Part shown: positions 39,094 through 47,903 of the stretch, piece after piece | How positions within the stretch are numbered: the first letter of the stretch is position 1 | How the letters are laid out: each line of letters opens with the position of its first letter | Source of the DNA: an uncultured Dehalococcoidia bacterium | GTDB taxonomy: Bacteria; Chloroflexota; Dehalococcoidia; Lucifugimonadales; CATOSD01 | Assembly (NCBI GenBank): GCA_951812395.1 | Contig: CATOSD010000002.1 | Location: 546,442-610,441 of the forward strand | Direction: 5' to 3' | Length of the DNA: 64,000 nt | Notes under the pieces: model-generated | What the model was told of the DNA's origin: nothing | The model's database searches: none | The model's input: the letters and a program-made list of their open reading frames with translations, nothing else | Position numbers and translations under genes: made by a program

Positions 39094-41937
39094 CTAAAGC
39101 AGTCGGCCCGTTTGGGCTTCCTGTATCCTGTTGGTGATGTCCTGCCAGGAGGTGACGAGGTTGTTGAATATGACGGCGTTCTGCGAATCGTTGGTCCGAT
39201 CATAGTGGTTGTAGAGGATGCGGGCGAGTCGTTCGACGGATTCGACGTCGCCGCCGAGGCCGGCCATCTGGCGGGCGACGCTGGCTGCGCCGTCCACTCC
39301 GCCACCGGCTTCGCGGTTTAGGTGCCAGGCCATTCTCATGCAGCCTTCCCAGGCGGTCATGCCGCGTGAGAGCGGCCTGTCGGCGCCGAAGTCGTCCATG
39401 CGGCGTAGTTTTACCTGGCCTGCCTCGGCGGTTAGCAAGCCATGCATGGTGTCAGATTCTACGGCCACGTTGCGTGCCTGCGAGAGCACCTCGGCCTCGC
39501 CGTACGCGCCTTCGGCGAAACCGTGTTGCTTCAGCCAGTCGATGCAGAAACGGCTTTCAGCGTCGATTTCGCCCTCCTGGGCTTGGTGGTAGTCGTCGAT
39601 TGCTTGGTTTATGGCCACTAGTGCATCGCCGACTGTAACCTGCTCGCCGCTAATGGTGCTGACACTGCTGAATCGTGAGTATATCTCCATGCCAGGACCG
39701 ATTGCCGCCTGCGCAAGGTCAGTGGGGGCGATGTGGCTCTCGTGAGTAAGACGATTGAGCGCGGCGGGCATTTCGGCTTGCAAAGCGTCGAGAAACTCGC
39801 GGCGGGTGGCGGCCGGTGCTTCATCCGGCCGCGGGCGACACACGAGGATTATTGAAGAGGCTAGGGCGTTGAAGTTGAGTGAACGCAGCCGACTCCGCAT
39901 CTCTGTGCGCATTGGCCATGTGCCGACTACTTGAAAGCCAGCGTCGACTAACGCACTTAGCATTGTTTCCCACCCAGTTGAGGTAGTGCCGTTGCGCTTC
40001 TCCTCTTGTTGCTTGTATGCGTAAAAGATGGACGAGGGGAACTCTGATGAAGTCCTCGTTCTAATGATACGCAGGGTATTTCTTAGGAGATCTTCGAACC
40101 TGCTGTGGGCGTCCTCGAATCTAGTTGGCTCGGCTATCATTTCTTCGTCTTTGGGGGTTGTGATACCTGCGAACAGATCGGGGTATCTATCCCGGAGCAA
40201 AGGACGCATCCAAATGTAGAAGAAATCTGACAAATCTGCGTACGCGATGTTGTCGTAATATGGAGGGTCGGTTACTATGACAGGGCCTGATTCAGAAAGT
40301 AAGGTGGTAGACGCATCGGCTTGATGGGCTCTACCTGGATTGATGCTTGTGGGCAACCGTTCCACTACTCTTGATACCCATTCAACTTGCGCCATCCAGT
40401 TTTGGGATGAGTCAGAGAAGTGGTTTGCTTCCGCAAAGTCCCAGATCATTGAAATGGCTTGGCGGGCGAAAACGCCGGAGACTTTGTCTCCGGCGTTGTG
40501 CCACCTCGCAAAACGAGAACTACTGTGCGCATCGCGGCCGAAAGCCAGTGACAAATAAGTCACTACAACTTCAGCGTATTCGTGATCATGACAATCCTTT
40601 GCAACGCAAAGGCGAACTTGTTGCATCTGCTCGGCAAACTCAGTGAGTGAGTGCACCTGTCTTTCGGTGAAGAGCTGATGCCATTGTGTGAAGCCATACG
40701 CCTGAACCCTGAAACCCAATGCTTTCACAGGCAAGGAGCCTCGTGGGCGCCATTTCGGTTTCGCAGACTTGGCGCATTCTATCTGTTTCGGCGTGGGTGA
40801 CAGAAACACTCGCTTTCCACGCCCCTCGGCGACGACACTGGTCATAATCTCGCCCATGTTGCCGGCTTTGGACTGCTCGCGAATGTAGGTGTGGGGAACC
40901 GTTCCGCTACAGCCCACGCATACCGCACCTTTGCCTCCGGGAATAACGGTGCGCTCAAGCGGAATGCCCTCGTCGTTGTTCTGCACGACGAAGGAAACAG
41001 TCTTCGATTCCTGGTCGACTTCTGGCCTCGTCCAATGCTGGTTCTTGGCCTTCTTGGACAATTGGAATGTTGCCATCAGCGGCATCTGGATGCCACAGGC
41101 TGGGTTAGGACATGGCACGGTGCGCGCCCACAGCCACGCAATCACGGTGGCTTCGCCTCCGTCGGGCAGCTTGGCCTTTGGGTACAGGTGGCCAATGCGC
41201 TTGAACGCCTCGTCGCGCATCCATTTGCCGTAGTAGCGTATGTCGTCGGCTAGGCCGGCGGCGCCGCGCCAGGGTATCTGTTCGGGTTTCCGGTTCTTGC
41301 CCCTGCCGATGAACTTACCGGTTGTCATACCCATGGGGTCGGCGGCCGGGTTGACGGGCGGCTTGCCGTTGAATTTGGGCGGCAGCTCGATGAGCGCCTT
41401 GTTTATGAGGACGGCGACGGGGTTAAGGTCGGAAGCTATGGCGCGTAGTCCGAGCCGCTGCGCCTCCAGTGGGATGGAGCCGCCGCCAGCGAAGGGGTCA
41501 TAGATGGGCAGTGCTCTGTCCCCCAGATAGCGCAGCACGGTGGAGGGATCGGACTTGTCGGGCGGGTCGTCACCGCGTGAGCGGGCAACTGAGCGGGCTA
41601 TCTCGTAGCGGGCGTTGGCGATGAGCTCGCGGGCTTCGGGCTTGCTCTCGTCGGTGTTCTCCCATTTGACGAGTTCGCGGATCATGTCGTGTAGCCGCTC
41701 GCGCTCTTTGGCCTGTTCGCTCTCTGTGGGGAGCTCTTCGGGGCAGGAGGACGGGTCGTCTACCAGGCTGGCGAAGATTACGGCGCGACAGGCGGCGAGG
41801 GGGCGACGCGCCCACCAAAGGTGAAGGGTGGAGGGGTGGCCGTGGCGGATCGACTTTTCGCGGGCGGATTCGCGGTTGATGTCGTCCAGCGGTAGGTCTA
41901 CTTCGATGAGTTTTTTGCGGTAGGTGGGCTGGCTCAC
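39094..41937 (-). CDS. DUF1156-type DNA methyltransferase (N6A/N4C class, DPPY) with an internal zinc ribbon
   Basis: N-terminus KLIEVDLPLDDINRESAREKSIRHGHPSTLHLWWARRP (DUF1156 signature). Motif I DPFAGGGS (41476-41499), Cys pairs CPNPAC and CVGC, motif IV DPPY (40258-40269). The GTG start overlaps the upstream stop. Confidence 0.85.
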   Translation of the reverse strand: MSQPTYRKKLIEVDLPLDDINRESAREKSIRHGHPSTLHLWWARRPLAACRAVIFASLVDDPSSCPEELPTESEQAKERERLHDMIRELVKWENTDESKPEARELIANARYEIARSVARSRGDDPPDKSDPSTVLRYLGDRALPIYDPFAGGGSIPLEAQRLGLRAIASDLNPVAVLINKALIELPPKFNGKPPVNPAADPMGMTTGKFIGRGKNRKPEQIPWRGAAGLADDIRYYGKWMRDEAFKRIGHLYPKAKLPDGGEATVIAWLWARTVPCPNPACGIQMPLMATFQLSKKAKNQHWTRPEVDQESKTVSFVVQNNDEGIPLERTVIPGGKGAVCVGCSGTVPHTYIREQSKAGNMGEIMTSVVAEGRGKRVFLSPTPKQIECAKSAKPKWRPRGSLPVKALGFRVQAYGFTQWHQLFTERQVHSLTEFAEQMQQVRLCVAKDCHDHEYAEVVVTYLSLAFGRDAHSSSRFARWHNAGDKVSGVFARQAISMIWDFAEANHFSDSSQNWMAQVEWVSRVVERLPTSINPGRAHQADASTTLLSESGPVIVTDPPYYDNIAYADLSDFFYIWMRPLLRDRYPDLFAGITTPKDEEMIAEPTRFEDAHSRFEDLLRNTLRIIRTRTSSEFPSSIFYAYKQQEEKRNGTTSTGWETMLSALVDAGFQVVGTWPMRTEMRSRLRSLNFNALASSIILVCRPRPDEAPAATRREFLDALQAEMPAALNRLTHESHIAPTDLAQAAIGPGMEIYSRFSSVSTISGEQVTVGDALVAINQAIDDYHQAQEGEIDAESRFCIDWLKQHGFAEGAYGEAEVLSQARNVAVESDTMHGLLTAEAGQVKLRRMDDFGADRPLSRGMTAWEGCMRMAWHLNREAGGGVDGAASVARQMAGLGGDVESVERLARILYNHYDRTNDSQNAVIFNNLVTSWQDITNRIQEAQTGRLL

Positions 41938-44900
41938 TCTGTACCTTCCTCGAAATCCAGTCCTAGCTGCTGGCTGTTCTCGCGAACCGCTCGCGCTATG
42001 CTGTCGGAAAACCCACTCGCATTCGTGGCGGATATTGTAACGCTAACTGTGACCTCTCCGCCGCCATCTATAAGGGCGCGGACAATCTCATCGCGAAGCG
42101 GGCTGATCTCGTCCAGTGACAGTTGGCCCTGGACGACCTTGTTGACCTGTATGCGTTTCACTGCTTTCGCCAGCGGTGGTTGGGACGGCGTCGGTTCCTT
42201 GGGAGTGTTGTCGCCCTCTTCGCTGTCCGAGTCGGGTTCTGCCGCAGGGTCATCGGATGTCGCCTTACGCTGCTGTTGTTCCTTGACCATCTCGGCCATG
42301 AGCCGGTCGACCAACAGTCCGTCGCCGCGCTCAGAGATTACCCCCTGCTCGCCAAAGAGCAGGTTCCTGTACTCTTCAGTGTCCGCGGTATAACTCTCGG
42401 CATAACCGAACTTGGCTTCCGGCACGCCCTCACGGACGCTGTCCAGAAGCACGCCCTTGTTGCGGAGGCGCTGCATGTAGACGTTCGTGGCCATCAGGTT
42501 CCACAGGTCGTCTAATGCTATGTGGTCGCGGGAGGTCGTCCAGATGTGTTTTTCGAGAATCGCCTGTAGCGCATCGGGGGAGAGCTTGTCCGCGAGCGCC
42601 TCCTCCTCGAGGAACTTGACGAAGGCGTTTTCGACTATCTGGCCGGTGTCCTGGGCGTTTATCTGCCACCGCGAGAGGTCGATGTTAGACGCATCTTGCG
42701 GGTCCGGCTGGAAGGGCGCGAGCGCCCAGCGGTAGGCGTTCACCAGTGCGCGGCGCAGTTCAGAGTCGTATCTTCTTACGTTCTCAGTCACCTGCGACCG
42801 ACGTGCGCCCGCCAGGTTGGAAACGGCGCGTTCGCCGGCGCGGATCGACTGCCAGGAGAGGTAGTTGCGGGCGGCCGTGTCGAGTTGGCGGACCTGGTCC
42901 CGCGCCGCCGCGAGGAATAGGAGGGTATTCTTGCGGATGCGGGGCGCGTCGCCTCGGTTCATGAGCAGGTCGAGGGCGAAGGGGCCGGCCAAGTCTTCCT
43001 CGGCGCGCCGGCTTGGGAGCGACTTGTCGTGGGGAAGAATGACCAGCCTGACGGTTTCCGTGTCCGGAACGTCGCCTGAGCTGACGGGGAACAGGACAAT
43101 GTCCGACCTGCGTGGTACGGACTCTTCCATCGACATGCGGATCTGGTCGGCGATTTCGCGGGCGGTGACGGTGCCCGCGCGGTCGGCGGCGACCTTGTTC
43201 AGGTTCTCCTCGACGTGGAAGAAGTATCTGTCGTCGCTGCTGTAGAGGTAGTACAGGTCGGCGGACATGCGGCCTATGGCCTCGTTGTAGACGGCGACTC
43301 CATCACCAGGCTTCACGGCCCCAAGCCGGATCTGGCGCATGTCGATGCCGCGGGCACTGCCTGTGGGCGCGCTGCCCAGGAAGATGGTGCGCGCTATCCG
43401 GCGCGACGCTCCACCTACTTCCGCGAACCTTTGGACGTTCTTGTCTATGCGGTCCGTTCTTGATTCGTCACTGTCCACTTCGGACATGACGGAGCTCCAG
43501 TTGCCAGTCATCAGGTTTACGAACTCGTTTGACGGGGCGGGGTCGTCCAGCGTGAGGCTGGCCGGCATTATCAGCGGGAACGGATCGTTTCTCAGGTTGA
43601 GGCGGCTGATGCATGCGGCCATCATCCTGAGGACGCCGCGAGTGCGCTGGAACCGCGCAATGGAGGACCAGTCGGAGTAGAGGCGGTCGAAAATCTCCGG
43701 GTGAATGGGGTAGCAGTCCTTCATGCGCTGTAGGTAGAGCTGCTCGCTAACCCCCTGCGGGTACTCGCTTCGATTCTGGCTATACATCCTCGAGAATGCC
43801 GCGCAGGTGCGGTCCCTCTCGGACTCGTCCAAGACAGCGCCGAACAGCCTGCGGCGGACGACTTCGAACGCCTCGTAGACTTCCAGCGGCTCCCAGGTTG
43901 CCTCGATGCGCCCGAGAATGCTGTCCAACCTGGCGAGCACTTCGGCGCCGAGCTCGCCTCCGGCTTCCACCGCGTGCTCGGGCAGGGTGATGACAAGCGA
44001 CACACGGCCGCTTCGGCGCGCGGCCTGGGTAAGGTTCTGGACGAAGGTGTAGTTGCTGTCGATTGCGTTGCCGGTGTTGCGGATGTAGGCGACCAGCTCG
44101 TCTATCAGTATGACGCAGGGACCGACGTGCTGAAACAACTCGTCGAGTTGGCCCGCGGGGGCGGTGCCCTGACGCGCGGCCTCTCCCACGATGTCGTAGC
44201 CTTCCTGCCCGCCGAGCTGGTAGGCCATTTCGCCCCAGAGCGTGTTGAGTGGGTCGCCTTTCTCGGTCGTTATGGAACTCGTGGGGGACAGGAACACGCA
44301 GTCGAGAACGGCCACCTTGGCGCCCTGCCACTCGTCCGGGTCCAGACCTGCCTCCTGCATCATGCCGCGAATCTCTTCGCTCGGCCTTCGGGCGTCTTCG
44401 CTATCACCAGCGGGGTTGATTAGCAGACTCGCGTTCTGGACAAGGTGATACAGCGCGATAAGGCTGTGGGTTTTGCCGCCGCCAAAGCCCGTCTTGGTCT
44501 GGATCACGGGCTCGCCGCCGTTGCCGGCTAGTCGCCTCAGCGTGTTGACGAGCAACGTGCGGATGCCGGGCGTGATGTAGGTGTGGGTAAAGAAACTCAC
44601 CGGGTTGCCGTACTGGGTCGCGTCGGCGCGTCCGTCGTGGACCTGTTGGAGGTCGGCGGCGAACTCGGCCTGGCTGAAGACGCCCTGCGCGACGTCCTGG
44701 TTTATGCGCACAACCTCCCGCCAGGGAGTGAGGGCGGTCGAAGTGCGCTGTGGGCGCTGTGGAAGTTCATCAGGCGGCGGGGAATCCGGTTGAGGCGGCG
44801 TCACGTCGGACAGAGTTGGCAGCGTGGGGGCGGCGAACAGCAAGTCCCGAATGCGCTCGACGTCTGCCCTTTCGCCTGGCCTGCCGATCTTACCGAGCAC

Positions 44901-45299
44901 GTCGATGATGTGGAACAGGTGCGCCCTGGCAAACTCGGGGTCGATGTCTTGCGTGGACGGATGGGACGCCTGGTTTCTGGCCTCCTTGATCTGCCAGAGG
45001 GCGTTCTGCACTGTCATATCGTTGCCAAGGGCGTTACGAAAGCCGTCTCGCCAGTAGTCCCGGATAAGGATGGGGAAGTTGTTTATGTCCAGCAGGGACT
45101 CGACGTCGACATTACCTCCAGCAGTGTTGGTGCGGTAGTCGTCCGGCGTCCACCTTTCGAGCGAGTTGCGAATACGGTCGTCCGGCCTGCCGCCCGGTAT
45201 GGTACGCAGGTTGCGAACGATGAACGGGCGCATGGCGTCTCGGAGAATGTCCAGGGCCCTTGTGAGGGCGTCCTTGTTGGGTCTGCTTACGGTGGTCAT
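41934..45299 (-). CDS. HEPN (Swt1-like) - DUF499 P-loop ATPase fusion protein
   Basis: Probable start is the ATG at 45299 (GGAG RBS). RNQASH Rx4H motif at 44961-44978, Walker A GFGGGKTHS at 44463-44489, Walker B VILIDELV at about 44085-44114, and the RFQRTRGVLRMMA block typical of DUF499. Confidence 0.85.
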   Translation of the reverse strand: MTTVSRPNKDALTRALDILRDAMRPFIVRNLRTIPGGRPDDRIRNSLERWTPDDYRTNTAGGNVDVESLLDINNFPILIRDYWRDGFRNALGNDMTVQNALWQIKEARNQASHPSTQDIDPEFARAHLFHIIDVLGKIGRPGERADVERIRDLLFAAPTLPTLSDVTPPQPDSPPPDELPQRPQRTSTALTPWREVVRINQDVAQGVFSQAEFAADLQQVHDGRADATQYGNPVSFFTHTYITPGIRTLLVNTLRRLAGNGGEPVIQTKTGFGGGKTHSLIALYHLVQNASLLINPAGDSEDARRPSEEIRGMMQEAGLDPDEWQGAKVAVLDCVFLSPTSSITTEKGDPLNTLWGEMAYQLGGQEGYDIVGEAARQGTAPAGQLDELFQHVGPCVILIDELVAYIRNTGNAIDSNYTFVQNLTQAARRSGRVSLVITLPEHAVEAGGELGAEVLARLDSILGRIEATWEPLEVYEAFEVVRRRLFGAVLDESERDRTCAAFSRMYSQNRSEYPQGVSEQLYLQRMKDCYPIHPEIFDRLYSDWSSIARFQRTRGVLRMMAACISRLNLRNDPFPLIMPASLTLDDPAPSNEFVNLMTGNWSSVMSEVDSDESRTDRIDKNVQRFAEVGGASRRIARTIFLGSAPTGSARGIDMRQIRLGAVKPGDGVAVYNEAIGRMSADLYYLYSSDDRYFFHVEENLNKVAADRAGTVTAREIADQIRMSMEESVPRRSDIVLFPVSSGDVPDTETVRLVILPHDKSLPSRRAEEDLAGPFALDLLMNRGDAPRIRKNTLLFLAAARDQVRQLDTAARNYLSWQSIRAGERAVSNLAGARRSQVTENVRRYDSELRRALVNAYRWALAPFQPDPQDASNIDLSRWQINAQDTGQIVENAFVKFLEEEALADKLSPDALQAILEKHIWTTSRDHIALDDLWNLMATNVYMQRLRNKGVLLDSVREGVPEAKFGYAESYTADTEEYRNLLFGEQGVISERGDGLLVDRLMAEMVKEQQQRKATSDDPAAEPDSDSEEGDNTPKEPTPSQPPLAKAVKRIQVNKVVQGQLSLDEISPLRDEIVRALIDGGGEVTVSVTISATNASGFSDSIARAVRENSQQLGLDFEEGTE

Positions 45300-45498
45300 T
45301 GCGGGGTCTCCGTTAGCGGCGTGTGGGTGATATGTGTGCGTGGGGCGTGGCTGCGGGTGATGGCGGCATTCTAGCACGACACGGCGTCGACGGGACAACG
45401 CGAGGCCGCCTTATGCAGGCCCGCCGGCGCACGCGCGCCGTTGGCGTAAACCTGCTAGACTTGGCGGCAACGCTGACACTGGACAGGGAGGTGTGCAC

Positions 45499-46551
45499 AT
45501 GCCCACCGTTGAGGCTGATCGGCTTGAGTTTATCGCGAGCAGGCTGCTGCAGGCCGCGGGTGCGAACGAGGAGGAGGCGGTTATCATCAGCCGGCACTCC
45601 ATTGGCGCGAATCTGGCGGGCCATGACTCCCATGGGATCATCCAGATTCCTACCTACATCGACCGGGTGAATCAGGAGCATATCGTGCCCGGCGCGCCGT
45701 TCGAGGTGGTGCGGGAGACGAACACCACGACCGTTATCGACGGGCATTGGGGGTTCGGTTACGTGGTGTCCGAGCGCGCGATGAACATGACGATCGAGAA
45801 GGCGCGGCAGAACAGCATCGCGGCGGCGACGGTGTTCCGGCAGAGCCACGTGGGGCGCGTCGCCGACTATCCGATCATGGCGGCGGAGGCCGGCATGATC
45901 GGCATGATGACCGCGGACTCCGGTCGCTCGGCCAAGTCGGTCGCGCCGTTCGGCGGCCGGGAGGCGCGGCTGGGGACGAATCCCATCTGCATCGCCATGC
46001 CCAGCGAGCTGGACGGTCCGTTCTTCATCGACATGGCCACCAGCGCAGTCGCCGCGGGCAAGCTCGCGGTGGCGACGGCGCGCAACGCGCCGATCCCGGA
46101 GGGCTGGCTGCTGGACAGCGACGGCAACCAGACGACGGACCCGGGCGCGCTGCGGCAGGGCGGCGTGATGCTGCCGCTGGGCGGGCCGGAGGGCCACAAG
46201 GGCTACGGGCTGTCCGCGATGGTCGAGATTTTTTCAGGCATACTGACCGGTCTGGGGTTTGGCATCGACCCGACGGGGCGCCACAACGACGGCTGCTTCA
46301 TGGCGGCGTTCAGCGTGGACGCGTTCCGCGATCTCGCTGAGTTCAAGCGGGAGGTCACGGAGTTTGCCGAGTACCTGACGAGCACGCCGCCCGCGGAGGG
46401 GTTCGACCGGGTGTACTATCCGGGTGAGCTTGAGCATCTGCGGGCCGCGCAGAAGCGGCGCGACGGCGTCGAGGTGGAGGATGCGACGTGGGAACGGCTG
46501 CGGGCGCTGGCGGTGGAGTACGGGTTGGCAGAGGAACTGGCGTTGGAGTGA
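45499..46551 (+). CDS. Ldh_2-family (malate/L-lactate/sulfolactate dehydrogenase-like) oxidoreductase
   Basis: ..AGHDSHGI.. and the overall pattern of the type-2 malate/lactate dehydrogenase family. ATG at 45499 after GGGAGG. Confidence 0.85.
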   Translation: MPTVEADRLEFIASRLLQAAGANEEEAVIISRHSIGANLAGHDSHGIIQIPTYIDRVNQEHIVPGAPFEVVRETNTTTVIDGHWGFGYVVSERAMNMTIEKARQNSIAAATVFRQSHVGRVADYPIMAAEAGMIGMMTADSGRSAKSVAPFGGREARLGTNPICIAMPSELDGPFFIDMATSAVAAGKLAVATARNAPIPEGWLLDSDGNQTTDPGALRQGGVMLPLGGPEGHKGYGLSAMVEIFSGILTGLGFGIDPTGRHNDGCFMAAFSVDAFRDLAEFKREVTEFAEYLTSTPPAEGFDRVYYPGELEHLRAAQKRRDGVEVEDATWERLRALAVEYGLAEELALE

Positions 46552-46560
46552 GGGGAGACG

Positions 46561-46635
46561 GCACCCCCATCCTAACCTTCCCCCGTCGGTGAGCCGACAC
46601 CCCCATCCTAACCTTCCCCCTGCGAGGGGAAGGGA
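46561..46635 (+). repeat. REP-like elements: tandem half copy plus full copy
   Basis: 46561-46583 is the 5' module only (cacccccatcctaaccttccccc). 46597-46635 is a full copy with the hairpin. Confidence 0.8.
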
Positions 46636-46649
46636 CTTGTGAGAGCAGC

Positions 46650-47798
46650 ATGGCAGAGCCGTTTCGCATAGATATTCCTGAGGCTGATCTGGACGATCTG
46701 CGCCGGCGGATTGCGGCGACGCAGTGGCCGGATGAGGTGGATGGCGCGGGCTGGGAGTACGGCTCGAACCTGGGATACATGCGGGAGCTTGCGGACTACT
46801 GGCTGACGGAGTTCGACTGGCGGGAGCAGGAGCGGCGACTGAACGAGCTGCCGCAGTTCACGGCGGAGGTGGACGGCGAGCGGCTGCACTTCGTTCACGT
46901 GCGCGGGCAGGGGCCCGACCCTGTTCCGCTGCTGATAACGCACGGCTGGCCGAGCACCTCCTGGGAGATGTACAAGCTGATCCCGCTGCTGACGGACCCG
47001 GCCTCGCACGGGGGCGATCCGTCGGATGCCTTCGACGTGGTGGCGCCGTCGATGCCGGGCTACGGATTTTCGGGCAAGCCGAAAGCGCCGGGCATGAGCT
47101 ACCGTCGGGTCGCGGATCTGTTCGGTAGGCTGATGCGAGACGAACTGGGCTGCTCGCGGTTCGGCGCGCACGGCGGCGACTGGGGCGGCGCGGTGACGGC
47201 GAGCGTGGCGCACGCGCGGCCGGACGACGTGATCGGCGCGCACGTGACGCTTGTGATAGGCGCGCCATACCTGGGTGAGGGGGCGCGTCCGCTGTCGGAT
47301 GCTGAGACGGCCTTTCTTGACGAGCGCGTGGAGTGGCGGCACGGGGAGGGCGGCTACGGTCACATCCAGGGCACGAAGCCGCAGACGCTGTCGTATGGCC
47401 TGACGGACTCGCCGGTGGGTCTGGCGGCGTGGATCGTGGAGAAGTTTCGGACGTGGAGCGACTGCGGCGGTGACGTCGAGAGCGTGTACACGAAGGATGA
47501 GTTGCTGACGAACGTAAGCCTGTACTGGTTCACGGGGACGATAGGGTCGTCGGTGCGGTTGTACTACGAGTCGCAGCGGGATCCGCTGCTGCTCGGCAAG
47601 GACGAACTGATTCGGCCACCGGCGGCGGTGGCGACGTTTCCGAAGGAGATCTCGCATCCGCCCAGGGAGTGGTGCGAGCGAATCTTCGGCGACCTGCGGC
47701 GATTCACGGATATGCCATATGGGGGGCACTTCGCGGCGATGGAGACGCCGGGCGAGCTGGCGGAGGACATCCGGGGGTTCTTTCGGGAGCTGCGGTGA
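46650..47798 (+). CDS. epoxide hydrolase (EH N-terminal domain + alpha/beta hydrolase)
   Basis: FRIDIPEADLDDLRRRIAATQWPDE, ..HFVHVRG, HGWPS and GGDWGG are typical of microsomal-type epoxide hydrolases. Confidence 0.88.
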   Translation: MAEPFRIDIPEADLDDLRRRIAATQWPDEVDGAGWEYGSNLGYMRELADYWLTEFDWREQERRLNELPQFTAEVDGERLHFVHVRGQGPDPVPLLITHGWPSTSWEMYKLIPLLTDPASHGGDPSDAFDVVAPSMPGYGFSGKPKAPGMSYRRVADLFGRLMRDELGCSRFGAHGGDWGGAVTASVAHARPDDVIGAHVTLVIGAPYLGEGARPLSDAETAFLDERVEWRHGEGGYGHIQGTKPQTLSYGLTDSPVGLAAWIVEKFRTWSDCGGDVESVYTKDELLTNVSLYWFTGTIGSSVRLYYESQRDPLLLGKDELIRPPAAVATFPKEISHPPREWCERIFGDLRRFTDMPYGGHFAAMETPGELAEDIRGFFRELR

Positions 47799-47803
47799 GT
47801 CTT

Positions 47804-47867
47804 CACCCCCATCCTAACCCTTCGGCAAGCTCAGGGCAGGCTCTTCCCCCTGCGAGGGGGAAGGGAC
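47804..47867 (+). repeat. REP-like element with a 23-nt insert between the 5' module and the hairpin
   Basis: cacccccatcctaaccc-[ttcggcaagctcagggcaggctc]-ttccccctgcgagggggaagggac. Confidence 0.75.
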
Positions 47868-47903
47868 TTTCAAGACAGACCTCGGTAAGGAAGGAGGCAG
47901 GCA

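Noticed and set aside
46561-46635. Tandem repeated units that could be mistaken for a mini CRISPR array.
   Set aside because: There are only one and a half units, with a 13-nt gap. The sequence is identical to the dispersed REP-like family, and no cas genes or regular repeat-spacer periodicity are present anywhere in the window.
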